A DNA stretch of 64,000 nt from Acidobacteriota bacterium (GTDB taxonomy: Bacteria > Acidobacteriota > UBA6911): contig OY761556.1 of NCBI GenBank assembly GCA_963664705.1, positions 4,480,001 to 4,544,000 on the forward strand. The letters run 5' to 3'. Positions 28,922 to 39,764 of this stretch are shown here, in pieces. A model generated the notes under the pieces. It ran no database searches. It saw only the letters and a program-made list of their open reading frames with translations, and was not told the DNA's origin. Each line of letters starts with the position of its first letter. The stretch's first letter is position 1. The position numbers were made by a program, and so were the translations under genes.

Positions 28922-30019
28922 TTACCTTTCACCCTGTGCCGCTCGATAATCCCATGAATGCTTGAATAGACGCCCGATGTCCGGCATGCGCTGTCCGATC
29001 CACCTCTTCATAGGATGCTGCACCCTCTTTTCGATGCCTGCATGTATTCCATAAGCGGCACATAGCATTATTACAACCGTACCCCACAGCAATATGTGAG
29101 CACTGATGCCTGGATATAAGGAATTGATAATTGCAAAACCAATATTCTGATGGATCAGATACAACGGATAGGTCATCCCTCCTACCGTCAGCCAGCTTCT
29201 CCGCCCCAGCCAACCCGTGCGCTTCAGTGCAATAACAAGCATCAGGAAATAAAACGAAACAATTATCAGACCTACGCCATAAACGCTCATTGCAACATGG
29301 TAATGCGCTTCCTGCATTCGTGCTCTTCCCAGGGACTGGAAAAGTGCCAGGCCCAATGACGAGGCAACCAGCAGTGTTCGGCCCGGGGAAATGCCCTGAG
29401 ACCAGATCAGATAATAGGCAGCCCCTCCGATGAAATACGCCGCGTAGTCGACAATCAGCAGATTCTGCAGCAGCCGTGAGACGGGAAACGCTTCCAAAAC
29501 GATCGATACTATCATCCAGCAATAAAGAAATGTTTGGGCCCTGCTCATTTTCCCTAAGGCCAGCACAATGGCCACGAGCACATAGAATCGAATTTCGATG
29601 AAAAGCGACCAATAAACTCCATCAATCGAAGGCACACCTATAAATTCGCTCAACATTGTCATATTCAGGAAATACTGACCCAGCGATGATGAATACTGCG
29701 GGTCGCGTGCAATAATGGAAACTGCATAGGTGATGCTGCAGCATGCCCAGAATGCAGGATAAAGCCTGACGACTCTCGATATCACAAAACCGCGCAGGCT
29801 CCCGCCCTTCGCGGTCATGATGATCACAAATCCGCTTATCATGAAAAAGAGGTCCACGCCCATGTATCCGTATTTGCTCAGTGGCACCAAAAGCAAATAC
29901 GGCATGGTGCACATGCCGTCTGCGGCATATCCCCTGAAGGAATAGTGATAGAAAACCACCGCAAGGGCGGCGACAAATCGCAGGAGGTCTACTTCATGGA
30001 CCCTGGCGTTCATTGACAT
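28922..30019 (-). CDS. Acyltransferase family 3 (OafA-like O-acetyltransferase)
   Basis: DLLRFVAALAVVFYH, GVDLFFMISGFVI, RVVRLYP, YWSLFIEIRFY, YPLYLIH; start at 30019 or 30013. Confidence 0.9.
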   Translation of the reverse strand: MSMNARVHEVDLLRFVAALAVVFYHYSFRGYAADGMCTMPYLLLVPLSKYGYMGVDLFFMISGFVIIMTAKGGSLRGFVISRVVRLYPAFWACCSITYAVSIIARDPQYSSSLGQYFLNMTMLSEFIGVPSIDGVYWSLFIEIRFYVLVAIVLALGKMSRAQTFLYCWMIVSIVLEAFPVSRLLQNLLIVDYAAYFIGGAAYYLIWSQGISPGRTLLVASSLGLALFQSLGRARMQEAHYHVAMSVYGVGLIIVSFYFLMLVIALKRTGWLGRRSWLTVGGMTYPLYLIHQNIGFAIINSLYPGISAHILLWGTVVIMLCAAYGIHAGIEKRVQHPMKRWIGQRMPDIGRLFKHSWDYRAAQGER

Positions 30020-30059
30020 ACCATCATTCCAATAAAAGGGATTGGCGGAACCGGCCGCA

Positions 30060-30797
30060 TTACTGCGCAGGAAGTTTTTTTCCGAAGGCAAATATGCTCG
30101 TTCTAAGAAACCCGGGGGCGTGTCTCTGATGGAGCACTCCCAGAAAATACACAATGCTGGAGAATGCGAGATAACTCGGGGATTCCTCATACCCGTAGAC
30201 AACGCAATAAAATCCGTGCCGAATCATCATTTTCCTGATCTTCGGAATGCTATTGCACCGGTATAGCGTTGGGAAAACGCTATCCTCCGTTCTTGAATTC
30301 TGTGCAATTCTCAAAATTTTCGCATGGTGCTTGTTCGGAATTATCCTCGCGCACATTGCAACATAGCTCCATTGATTGGGCGTTCGGAGGCACAAGTATC
30401 CTCCGTCCTTTAAAACACGATGCGCCTCGGAGAAAAACCGTTCGGGCTCCTCAACATGCTCCAGCACGCTGTCGGACACGATGACATCTATCGATTCGCT
30501 CTCGACCGGCCATGCATTCCCCTGGATGAGTCTAAATTCGTCGATAAATGGGTTGGATTGAGCCTCCGCATCAACGTCAATGCCAATAACCTTGAATACT
30601 TTTCCGCGGATTGTTCTGAGCTGTTTCCGAATTGAAACCTGGTCCTTGCCAATCGTGCTCTTGCCACAGCCCACATCAAGAACCACATGCGAGATCTTTA
30701 TCAGGCCGTTCAATCTTGTGAAGAATGCAATCGTGGAATCGATATCGGTGAAATTGCCAAACCGCGCTTCCGGATAAAATATTTCCTCGGTCTTCAT
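30060..30797 (-). CDS. Class I SAM-dependent methyltransferase
   Basis: VLDVGCG, GIDVD, VLEHV…RVLKDGG..CLRTPN. Confidence 0.9.
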   Translation of the reverse strand: MKTEEIFYPEARFGNFTDIDSTIAFFTRLNGLIKISHVVLDVGCGKSTIGKDQVSIRKQLRTIRGKVFKVIGIDVDAEAQSNPFIDEFRLIQGNAWPVESESIDVIVSDSVLEHVEEPERFFSEAHRVLKDGGYLCLRTPNQWSYVAMCARIIPNKHHAKILRIAQNSRTEDSVFPTLYRCNSIPKIRKMMIRHGFYCVVYGYEESPSYLAFSSIVYFLGVLHQRHAPGFLRTSIFAFGKKLPAQ

Positions 30798-30860
30798 AGC
30801 GGGGATGGTCTCTCAGAATGGCGCCAGGAACCCTGATTTTATTTATGAAAATATTGCAGC

Positions 30861-31976
30861 CTAATTCACACCGCTGCCGGGATTAAGCGTTCGCTTGATC
30901 AGCTGTATGATGGGAGCCGCATTGTCCGGCACTTTCGCGTGTGAGAACAGGCGTTTGTATTCGGGCAGATCCCCTAATACCTTTTGTATCGAACAAAGAA
31001 AGGACTGTGGATCGCCGCTGTCAAAAAGCACACTCGGGATGGGCCGGGGCATTGAATTACTTGCCACTACCGGCACTCCCAGCCAGATGGCTTCGCGAAT
31101 GGAGGAGCTGTCGCCTTCGCTCCTTGTCGGTCGCAGAAAGATATCCGTGTATTTAAGCATGGGCCAGAAAACGTGTTCTTCCGACCGAATATAAACGCAC
31201 TCCGCAAATCCGCTCTTTTCGACATAGCTCCTGAGCTGCCGGATCCGGTCTTCATGCATTTCGCCATCGTAAACACTGAACAGGAAGCCGGCGCAGGGAT
31301 AGTCTTCGAGGATCCTGGGAATAATGGAGAATAGCAGATCCACGCCGTACATCCGGCCCCTTGCATTGATCCACAACTGTCCATTCGCAGCCAAAATCGG
31401 AGTATGCCTTTGCGCAAATCCTATGATCGATGCCGGAGGCTCGGTGTCAGGATCCGTTGGCACGATGAATCCGGGGATTACATGCACTTTGCTCGCGCAG
31501 ACACCCTGTTGCAATATGACGTTGGCAAGGTGTGGAGAAACGGCAACTATATGCTCTGCCTGTCGAAGTGACAGCCTGGTCATCCATTTCGCAAACCATG
31601 GCCCCTTGGCCAGGGTTTCCAGGATTCGTTCTTCACCAATGCGAAGAATATAGCGTTTCCGCCTGAATACTTTGAGCAGGAACGCAAGAAATCGAACCGT
31701 AGGCTGGCTCGTAAAGATGTAGAGGCACTTCTCCGGCGCCAGCAGCGCAAACCTTATGAACCATGATAATTGGTTGTCACGTATGCATAGCACCTGGGGA
31801 GGATTTTGTCCTTTGCTCGCACGGTTGTATACGCGAGTCCTGATTCCCTCCCGTTGCAGACACTCCAGCAACCGGAAGACATGCGTACCCATTCCTCCCC
31901 AGGGCGGAGGATAAGTCCCCCAGATCGCCAGATCCCATTGCCGCTTGCCGTTACATTTGTTTTGTCCGATTCTCAT
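30861..31976 (-). CDS. Glycosyltransferase family 4
   Basis: YPPPWGG, VAVS, FLRPTRSEGDSSSIREA..LGVPVVAS (Ex7E). Confidence 0.85.
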   Translation of the reverse strand: MRIGQNKCNGKRQWDLAIWGTYPPPWGGMGTHVFRLLECLQREGIRTRVYNRASKGQNPPQVLCIRDNQLSWFIRFALLAPEKCLYIFTSQPTVRFLAFLLKVFRRKRYILRIGEERILETLAKGPWFAKWMTRLSLRQAEHIVAVSPHLANVILQQGVCASKVHVIPGFIVPTDPDTEPPASIIGFAQRHTPILAANGQLWINARGRMYGVDLLFSIIPRILEDYPCAGFLFSVYDGEMHEDRIRQLRSYVEKSGFAECVYIRSEEHVFWPMLKYTDIFLRPTRSEGDSSSIREAIWLGVPVVASNSMPRPIPSVLFDSGDPQSFLCSIQKVLGDLPEYKRLFSHAKVPDNAAPIIQLIKRTLNPGSGVN

Positions 31977-33664
31977 GACCTGGGCCCGGCCGGGTTCCCT
32001 TCCGGTCTGCGCAACAAAAATCTCGGTCTTCTTGTGAAGGCATCAATGACGGTCAGATCGTTATCATTGGCATACGTATGCATGGCCAACATCTTTTTAC
32101 CCCAATGCGGACGAACCGATTCCACGGTTGTTTCCTGATATTCAGTCTCGGTGAGGATTTTCACTTCATTCATATCAAATCCATATCCGTACATCGTCGT
32201 ACAGTCTTGTGACGGGCGATAAATCCTGCCGTTATCCATAAAAATCCTGCCTGCCGGCCGGGCCTTTCTGGCATCCGATACAATCGGGTTCTGATGATGG
32301 GGATGCCACTGAGCCGTACGAAAATCATCAGCGTAGTAAAGGAATAATTCCACTTGCGGATGTGCCGCGGCGGGATCAGCCATGGCCGTAAACAACCACC
32401 ACCTGTTCGCGTAGTGAAACAGCGTCGTATCGACTGCTTTTACATGGTTCATCAAATGCATTTTAAAATGCCAAACGAAAGGGAAGCTTTCGCATTCATA
32501 AAGATCGATGGCATTGGCGTTTTGAGATTCAGGGATCATGTAATATGTGTCCTCCCATTGGAAAACCAATGGGTAGGACAGATGATTTTTCGTGCGCAAT
32601 ATCGGGACCGGACTCTTCCAGTTGCCCTCGCAATCCATCTCTATTACGGATATATGGCCCTTTTTGTCTTTATACAAAAGCTCCTCAATGAAGATGAAGT
32701 ATTTGTCTCCTGACCGAATAACCATCGGATCCGCCCAAAACCTGTCTTCTGGAGGCATCATCACGCGAAAATTCCCATAGTCACGCCTTGAACCGCTGCC
32801 AACGTCGAACAGGAGATACCATGTATCTTTGTAAACCATGCGCTGCGCCACCGCGCCGAAAGACCGGGCAAATATTTTCGCGAATAGCAGCAGCGACCGC
32901 AGATTGGAAGGAACACCGTAGTTGTGCGAGGTGCCCGCATGACAATTGGCATTGCTCTTGCGGACCTCCTGAAGATACCGACATTCGCCGATCTGATGCA
33001 GCATTTCAATCTGTCGCGGCAAAAGAGAGGCGGCAGCCCAGAAATAATAGCTTCTGTTCCGGCTGGGTGAAAGCGGGTAGGTAGAATACCAGGAGCGACA
33101 AAGCGCTCCAGAAAAATTTAACGATCCTCCGGCCGCTCGGAGGGAAGTACCCGTTTCCGGATGGTTATTAATCACCTCCCAAAAGCCCGGCAAATAATTC
33201 GGCGCCAGGGTGTCATCTGAGTGCCTGTAATACCATGTGCCATATCGTGAGGCAGCCAAGCCGGCAATATTCAAACAGGAAAAACCTATCTGCACCAATA
33301 CATCCAGATCGTACTTGCGAATTTTGCAAATCGTCGAGCCGTCCAATGCACAGAAGAAGCGGCTGCGTATCGGCATTACCTCCATGGAGGGAATCTGCGC
33401 CGGGAAAGAGGTGATTTCTCTCGGCAAAAAGGGATCCATTTCTCTTCGAAATACCCTCCCGTCAACCCGGCTCAAGAGGCGGTATGCAAGCGGACTCGAG
33501 GGACACCCCTCATGACGATGTCGATTCCCAGCGTTGACAATAAGCAGCTTAATCTCCGCACATCCGGATTGGACACAACGCTCAATAGCGTAATGCGCCC
33601 ATGCGGGGATGGTATAGGAATCAACCATCAAACCCAGTTTGAGCTTGCGCTGAAAGGTATCCAT
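31973..33664 (-). CDS. Formyltransferase-like N-terminus plus GINT1-type (GH43-like) beta-propeller protein
   Basis: FWADP, HLSYP.VF…YMIPES, VDTTL, W.PH.QNPI..D…ARPAG, YRPSQDC…YG, HT. Confidence 0.7.
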   Translation of the reverse strand: MDTFQRKLKLGLMVDSYTIPAWAHYAIERCVQSGCAEIKLLIVNAGNRHRHEGCPSSPLAYRLLSRVDGRVFRREMDPFLPREITSFPAQIPSMEVMPIRSRFFCALDGSTICKIRKYDLDVLVQIGFSCLNIAGLAASRYGTWYYRHSDDTLAPNYLPGFWEVINNHPETGTSLRAAGGSLNFSGALCRSWYSTYPLSPSRNRSYYFWAAASLLPRQIEMLHQIGECRYLQEVRKSNANCHAGTSHNYGVPSNLRSLLLFAKIFARSFGAVAQRMVYKDTWYLLFDVGSGSRRDYGNFRVMMPPEDRFWADPMVIRSGDKYFIFIEELLYKDKKGHISVIEMDCEGNWKSPVPILRTKNHLSYPLVFQWEDTYYMIPESQNANAIDLYECESFPFVWHFKMHLMNHVKAVDTTLFHYANRWWLFTAMADPAAAHPQVELFLYYADDFRTAQWHPHHQNPIVSDARKARPAGRIFMDNGRIYRPSQDCTTMYGYGFDMNEVKILTETEYQETTVESVRPHWGKKMLAMHTYANDNDLTVIDAFTRRPRFLLRRPEGNPAGPRS

Positions 33665-33695
33665 TGAAATATTTCCAGCGTCCTCTGAGTGGAAA

Positions 33696-34922
33696 TCAAG
33701 CTATTGTCAAATCAGGCTTGAACCTGTCGCTTCGCAAAGGAAGAGGGTGTGAGCCCGGGGCCGGGAGTGGAGACCGTTTGTCGACCACATTCGCACTGAT
33801 GACAATCAGGCTCAGGAAAAGCCAGGTGGGTTTGGCAAACTCCCAGGTCAAAGTGCAACATCCAATGAGCCAAATCGCGAAAATCGTCATCCAGAGCCGG
33901 GACAGCCCCTTTGGCTGAGAAACAGCTTCCCGCATAACAACAACCAGCAAGTATCCATATATAAAAATGCCTACAAGCCCCAACTCCGCCGCAATGGAAA
34001 GGAAAGAGTTGTGCGCAGCGGCCCCGAGGATTGAAGAGTCCCGGAGCGCGCCACTGCCAATGCCGAGGAATGGATGCTCGACAAACAAATGCATGGCATC
34101 CATCCACACCTGCCGGCGCCCTCCGAAATCCAGGGCCGCAATTGATTTGGAGATGGTAGCCAGGCGTTCTATCTCGGCCTGAGGCGCATAGTAAAGAACA
34201 AGACCGGAGGCTCCCAGAAGAACAGCTATGATAAAAATGCGGGCGGACAGCTTTATCCTGGCGCTGGTACAAAGGACAAACAACACAAAAGGAATGACGG
34301 CCACGAGAAAGGTTCTGCTGGCCGTCAGGGTAATTGCAAAGAGAGACACCGGTATATAGGCATAGTTCAGCATCCACAAAATGCGACTGCCTCGCGCGTC
34401 GCCCAACGAGGTGACAAAATGCCACGCAATGGGCAGACCTATCGTCAGAATAATGGCGACCTCTACAGCATTGAGACCAACACCGGAGTATCGGTCGGTG
34501 GAATAGGGATCAATCTGCATGCCATTGATGTAATTGTAGATTGTTCCCCCGATGGTCAGATAAGCGCCCAGAATATATGCCTGCAATGCAGCCATCAAAG
34601 CCTTGCGCGTGGTATACAGGTCCCACAATATCCATGCCAGGAAGGCGAGTTGAACATAGGTCTTTATATGCAATAAGGTCCGGTCATCCGCCTGACTCCA
34701 GTACAGGCTGGCCGCATTCCAAAGCACGAATACGAACATGGCCAGATGAAAAGGATGTGCGCGGCAGATACGCGGCTTTACCACAAATGAGCCCAGCCAT
34801 GCCACTGCGGTAAGGATTCCAAGAAATCTGGACAGCGTCCCCAGATCCCCTATCGTGACCGCATTTTCCCAGGGGATGGTGAAGACAACCGCCAATGACA
34901 ACCAGAAGGCTATCGTTTTCAT
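33696..34922 (-). CDS. O-antigen ligase/Wzy-like polymerase
   Basis: Multi-TM; LTASRT, R..VW…F.EHPFLGIGSG, AHNSFL…AELGLVG. Confidence 0.88.
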   Translation of the reverse strand: MKTIAFWLSLAVVFTIPWENAVTIGDLGTLSRFLGILTAVAWLGSFVVKPRICRAHPFHLAMFVFVLWNAASLYWSQADDRTLLHIKTYVQLAFLAWILWDLYTTRKALMAALQAYILGAYLTIGGTIYNYINGMQIDPYSTDRYSGVGLNAVEVAIILTIGLPIAWHFVTSLGDARGSRILWMLNYAYIPVSLFAITLTASRTFLVAVIPFVLFVLCTSARIKLSARIFIIAVLLGASGLVLYYAPQAEIERLATISKSIAALDFGGRRQVWMDAMHLFVEHPFLGIGSGALRDSSILGAAAHNSFLSIAAELGLVGIFIYGYLLVVVMREAVSQPKGLSRLWMTIFAIWLIGCCTLTWEFAKPTWLFLSLIVISANVVDKRSPLPAPGSHPLPLRSDRFKPDLTIA

Positions 34923-36055
34923 CGCGGAGTTTGGAATTGGGTGGTACCCAACAGCGCGCTCTGATACTGATCGATCACTTTTTCCGACGCATAGGGTTGC
35001 CAGCTTTCAGGCGGCGGCAGGGATGCTTTTCCCGAAAGCGCATCCCTCATCGCCCTGGCCAAAGTGGCTTCATCGCCGACGGGCACCAATTGACCATATT
35101 CATGTTTTTGTAAAATTTCACGCGGACCACTGGGACAGTCCGTCGACACAATCGGAATGCCGCAATAAAGAGCCTCAATCAGCACTGTGGGCAGGCCTTC
35201 CGATCGGGAGGAGCATACAAGCAAAGCGGACCTGGCCATATACGGGTATGGATTCGAGACAAACCCCGGGAGCATCACCTTGTGCTCCAGATGAAGGTCT
35301 TTCAGGAGTTCCTCCAGGCGGGGCCTCTCCTCGCCTTCACCCAGGATTATCAGCCGGGCGGATTGATCCCCGGCAATGCGGGCAAATGCCCGTATAAGCA
35401 TGCCAAAATCCTTTTCGGCTGTCAGACGTCCCACGGCCAGGATCACAGGAGGACTTCCCGGCGCGAACCATGGATGCTGCAGCGGTTCCCTGGTTCTCAA
35501 TGCCAGGTCCCGCGTCACAACAGGATTGTAAATCACCCGGATACGCGTGCGGGGGATTCGAGCCGTGCAGGCCAGGTCCTCGGCAACACCCTTGGAAACC
35601 GCAACGATCTCATCTGCTCTGGGATAGAAATTGCGGACAAGCAAAAGTATCAGTTGGCGATACCATACCGGCAGGTTCCTGTAATGATGTGAGAATGTAT
35701 TGTGTTGGCTGATCACAACACGCCGCGGAATGCCGGTGATGCGCCGGGCTTCCAGCGCAACAAAATTGGCATTCAGTGCCGAAAGAAGGTAGTCCGGCCG
35801 CTCGCGTCGGAGATAGGCGATCATAGCGGGCAGACTTCTGCAGGCCCTCCACATCCTGATAGGTCGGCGGTTGAGCTCAACAATGCGCACGGTATCCGGA
35901 ATTTGGTCCAGATAGGGACCCTCTGCCTGGGCTAGAACCAAATCCACCGACAATCCGCGATCAGCAAAGCCCGCAGCAAGGTTGAGCATGATCCGTTCTG
36001 CTCCGCCTTCATACAACCCGGGAATAAACACGGCCAATCGCTGTTTTGAAATCAT
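34919..36055 (-). CDS. Glycosyltransferase family 4
   Basis: GGAER, VGRL.AEK, GF..NPY, SRSEGLPTVLIEA, TDCPSGPREIL; TTG at 36061 is an alternative start. Confidence 0.92.
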   Translation of the reverse strand: MISKQRLAVFIPGLYEGGAERIMLNLAAGFADRGLSVDLVLAQAEGPYLDQIPDTVRIVELNRRPIRMWRACRSLPAMIAYLRRERPDYLLSALNANFVALEARRITGIPRRVVISQHNTFSHHYRNLPVWYRQLILLLVRNFYPRADEIVAVSKGVAEDLACTARIPRTRIRVIYNPVVTRDLALRTREPLQHPWFAPGSPPVILAVGRLTAEKDFGMLIRAFARIAGDQSARLIILGEGEERPRLEELLKDLHLEHKVMLPGFVSNPYPYMARSALLVCSSRSEGLPTVLIEALYCGIPIVSTDCPSGPREILQKHEYGQLVPVGDEATLARAMRDALSGKASLPPPESWQPYASEKVIDQYQSALLGTTQFQTPR

Positions 36056-36067
36056 CGCCAAAACTGC

Positions 36068-37654
36068 TTACTCGATGGAAGTGACCAGCGCCATTTGAAC
36101 ACGTCGCCACACTTGCCTGCGCTGTTTCCGGGACAGACCCAGATAAAAGCCAAATATCAAGACAAGCCCAAATGTAGCTCCGACGCAGAAGCCAAGGCGG
36201 ATCCAACTGCCGATAATGCCGACAGGCCAATTTCGCAATACGAAAAGCGCGAGTCCAAAAATGATGCCTGTTGTCAAAGCAGGCCTTAATACCTCTTTAA
36301 GCTGCGCGGTCCATGAGATATTCAGCAATCGACTGATCAAAGCAGGGTAGCCCAGGCTGAGAATAAGTCGCCCGAAACAGAGCCCTAAACACAATCCCAT
36401 GATTCCCGCCTTGAAATATCCGACAAGCACGCCCGCGGCAAAGGCTGACAGAGCAGCCGAACACATTCCCATCAAAACCTTCCGTCGAAGGCAGAGCGTG
36501 AGGTCGATGATACTGGCGTCATTTCGGATCAAGACAAATTGAAAGGCCAATAAAGTGACCAGCAGAGTAGCCATGGGACCGACATAATGCTCCTTGCCGA
36601 CCCAAAACTGAATAAAGGGCCCATTCCATATCAGGACGGTGGTACCCAAAGAAGTTGCAAGAAGCCAGGTAAGCAGCATGATTTCTCCCCGAACTTGGAC
36701 GGCCTTCTCAAGCTTGCGCGAACCGATGATGCCTCCAAGTCCAGGGGTGATTCCAAATACCATAATCGCCACAAGCGTAATCAGCGTTTCCGGCGCATAT
36801 TTGGACAATGAATATTTCGTCACCGATTCAACCGAATCAAACATGCCAAGCACAATAACATCCGTTGCCAGCATGATATTCGTGAGCACATTCCAGCCCA
36901 TAAACCATCCGCCCAAACCCAGGAAACTTCTCACTTCCTTGAGCGATGGCATCGCCCATCCAAACCAGGGAGCCCATCTGCGCGCAACGTATAGAAAACC
37001 AAGCCCCGTCAATAAAACAGTACCCAGGGAAGCACCAGCCACGCCCAGGATTCCTATTTTGAAATATAGCGCCAGACAGGTGAGCCCGCCTCCGACAAGA
37101 ACAAATGCGGAGGACAGACACATACACTTGTAGCCAAGATTTTCTCCTTCCAGGGCCAGTTGGGGAATCATGGCAATATTGGAGGTGATCAATTGAATGA
37201 CCAGAATGGCGGAAGCCAGGCGCACATGCATGGCGAGCTTTGCCGGGGCATCTATCCAATCAGGCATATACCATGACAGAATGGCCCCGACGGCAGCAAT
37301 TATGGGCAAAAAAATGCCACAGACTGCCAGCGCACTACCGACGTGACGGCGTTTGACTTCAAAATCGGAGCAGGTTTGTTCGTGTGCAAGCGTGTACTTC
37401 AGGGCCTGGGTTGCGCCACCGCTTGCCGATGCAATTCCCGCGGTCCGCTGCAAAACCTGCCACGTACCGAAAAAGAAACTGCCCAAGCCAGCGACGAGCA
37501 GTGGGGTAATCACAAATCCGACAAAAAGCCGTGCCCCATAATCCACACCGGCCGCCAAGGTGCTGAGCGACGCCTTTTTGGTTAGCGTGTTATCCGCAAG
37601 GAATCTTGAAAACAGGCCATCCGTGCTTGTGCCCGAGTAACTCATCGGTATCAT
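36068..37654 (-). CDS. Wzx-like oligosaccharide flippase
   Basis: About 14 TM segments; ITPLLVAGLG…FGTW, TDVIVLG, FIQFWVG. Confidence 0.8.
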   Translation of the reverse strand: MIPMSYSGTSTDGLFSRFLADNTLTKKASLSTLAAGVDYGARLFVGFVITPLLVAGLGSFFFGTWQVLQRTAGIASASGGATQALKYTLAHEQTCSDFEVKRRHVGSALAVCGIFLPIIAAVGAILSWYMPDWIDAPAKLAMHVRLASAILVIQLITSNIAMIPQLALEGENLGYKCMCLSSAFVLVGGGLTCLALYFKIGILGVAGASLGTVLLTGLGFLYVARRWAPWFGWAMPSLKEVRSFLGLGGWFMGWNVLTNIMLATDVIVLGMFDSVESVTKYSLSKYAPETLITLVAIMVFGITPGLGGIIGSRKLEKAVQVRGEIMLLTWLLATSLGTTVLIWNGPFIQFWVGKEHYVGPMATLLVTLLAFQFVLIRNDASIIDLTLCLRRKVLMGMCSAALSAFAAGVLVGYFKAGIMGLCLGLCFGRLILSLGYPALISRLLNISWTAQLKEVLRPALTTGIIFGLALFVLRNWPVGIIGSWIRLGFCVGATFGLVLIFGFYLGLSRKQRRQVWRRVQMALVTSIE

Positions 37655-37700
37655 TCAGACCCAGTGAAAGCTCCCATCGATAATAGCGGGTACCGTGGCG

Positions 37701-38786
37701 TCAGGCGACGCTATGCTGGTCTCTCCACGCCATGCCGGCCGTGGCGGCCCCCGCTTCTGAGGCAGCCAGTTCCAAATCACTGTCTACCATGTTCCGAATC
37801 AGTTCGTGAAAACCAACCCGGGGCCTCCAGCCAAGGCTCCCCCTGATTTTGCGGGAGTCTCCCAGCAGGGAATCAACTTCAGTAGGGCGGAAATAATTCG
37901 GATCAATCTGGACGAGAGTTCGGCCATCGGGTCCGACAGCGTGTTCGGCGGCCCCGATTCCCGACCATGCAAGACGGATCCCGGCGCAGTCAAAAGCAAA
38001 TTCGCAAAATTCCCTCACGGAGTGGTTCTGTCCGGTGGCCACGATATAGTCATCCGGCTCGTCGGCCTGCAGCATCCGCCACATGGCTTCGACATAATCG
38101 CCCGCAAATCCCCAATCCCGCCTGGCATCCAGATTTCCAAGATACAGTCGATCCTGGAGTCCCAATTTGATCCGGCCAACGGCCCGCGTGATTTTGCGTG
38201 TAACAAAAGTCTCGCCTCTGCGGGGAGACTCGTGATTGAAGAGAATCCCGTTAACGGCAAACATTCCATAGGCCTCGCGGTAGTTGCGAGTGATATGAAA
38301 CGCGTATGCCTTTGCAGCGGCATACGGACTGCGCGGATAGAATGGAGTCGTTTCGGACTGCGGCGATTCCGGGCTCATGCCAAAAAGTTCCGAAGAGGAC
38401 GCCTGATAAAAGCGCGCATCAATCGCGGTCTCGCGCATGGCTTCGAGGATTCGGATGGTGCCAACACCGGTTATCTCCGCCGTATATTCGGGGATCTCAA
38501 ACGACACTTTTACATGGGATTGAGCCCCCAGGTTGTATACCTCATCCGGCTGCACATCCCTCAGAATCCGGTTGAGTGAAGAGGCATCATTGAGATCTCC
38601 ATAGACCAGATGCAACCTGCGCCCCTTCTCATGTGGATCCTGATAGAGATGATCGATGCGACCTGTGTTGAAAGAAGAAGACCTTCGAATCACTCCCCAA
38701 ACCTGATAGCCCTTATCCAACAGCAACTCTGCGAGATAGGACCCATCCTGTCCGGTGATGCCGGTGATCAGTGCCTTTGCGCTCAT
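37701..38786 (-). CDS. gmd: GDP-mannose 4,6-dehydratase
   Basis: [60 protein letters not shown]; ATGA overlap with fcl. Confidence 0.97.
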   Translation of the reverse strand: MSAKALITGITGQDGSYLAELLLDKGYQVWGVIRRSSSFNTGRIDHLYQDPHEKGRRLHLVYGDLNDASSLNRILRDVQPDEVYNLGAQSHVKVSFEIPEYTAEITGVGTIRILEAMRETAIDARFYQASSSELFGMSPESPQSETTPFYPRSPYAAAKAYAFHITRNYREAYGMFAVNGILFNHESPRRGETFVTRKITRAVGRIKLGLQDRLYLGNLDARRDWGFAGDYVEAMWRMLQADEPDDYIVATGQNHSVREFCEFAFDCAGIRLAWSGIGAAEHAVGPDGRTLVQIDPNYFRPTEVDSLLGDSRKIRGSLGWRPRVGFHELIRNMVDSDLELAASEAGAATAGMAWRDQHSVA

Positions 38787-39763
38787 GTTTGCACTCCAGA
38801 GTGGAACAGGTTTCCATTCGTTGTCCGTCCCTTTTGCTGCGCGCGATACCAATCAATCGTTTTCTCCAGTCCTTCCAGCATTCCAACCTTGGCCCGAAAA
38901 CCAAACCAATGCTGAGCCCTGGTTGTATCGAGACTCCTTCTGGGCTGACCATTGGGTTGCTTCGCATCCCATACGATGCAACCGTCAAATTCCGTAAGCT
39001 CCGCAATCAGGTCGGCAAGATCGGCTATGCTGATTTCCATACCCGTCCCAATATTGACAGGCTCCGCACCATCATAGTGTTCAGTTGCGCGAAGAATTGC
39101 CTCGGCACAGTCTTCCACATACAAAAACTCCCTGGTTGGTGTTCCGTCGCCCCACAGGACAATTTCATGAATCCCGCGCTCCCTGGCCTCAATGCATTTC
39201 CTGATGATTGCAGGAACCACATGGGAGGTACCGGGATCGAAGTTGTCTCCAGGGCCATAGAGGTTGGCAGGAAGGAGATATATGGCATTGAAATTGTATT
39301 GAAGGCGGTAGCTTTGGGCCAAAACAAGGAGCATTTTCTTTGCCAATCCGTATGGCGCGTTCGTTTCCTCAGGGTATCCATCCCAAAGCGTTTGCTCCTT
39401 GAACGGCACCGGCACGAGTTTCGGGTAAGCACAAACAGTCCCCAGCGTCACAAACTTCCGGACTCCCGCCAGGCGGGCATGCTCCATCAGCAGCGCCCCC
39501 ATCACCAGATTGCTGTAGGCAAATCTGCCCGGGTTGGTTTGATTGGCGCCGATGCCTCCCACTTCCGCAGCCAAATGGATTAGAACATCGGCCTGAAAGT
39601 CATTGAACAGCCTCTTGACTGATTCCTCATGCGTCAGATCATAGTCATCGATAGTCGGCGCAAAGACATCCCTGCAACCCATATCCTGAAGGGCTCGGAC
39701 CACGTGTGTCCCCAGAAATCCGGCCCCACCCGTCAATGCTATGCGACTGTTTTGAAGTTCCAT
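38783..39763 (-). CDS. fcl: GDP-L-fucose synthase
   Basis: [41 protein letters not shown]…[18 protein letters not shown]. Confidence 0.95.
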   Translation of the reverse strand: MELQNSRIALTGGAGFLGTHVVRALQDMGCRDVFAPTIDDYDLTHEESVKRLFNDFQADVLIHLAAEVGGIGANQTNPGRFAYSNLVMGALLMEHARLAGVRKFVTLGTVCAYPKLVPVPFKEQTLWDGYPEETNAPYGLAKKMLLVLAQSYRLQYNFNAIYLLPANLYGPGDNFDPGTSHVVPAIIRKCIEARERGIHEIVLWGDGTPTREFLYVEDCAEAILRATEHYDGAEPVNIGTGMEISIADLADLIAELTEFDGCIVWDAKQPNGQPRRSLDTTRAQHWFGFRAKVGMLEGLEKTIDWYRAQQKGRTTNGNLFHSGVQT

Positions 39764-39764
39764 G

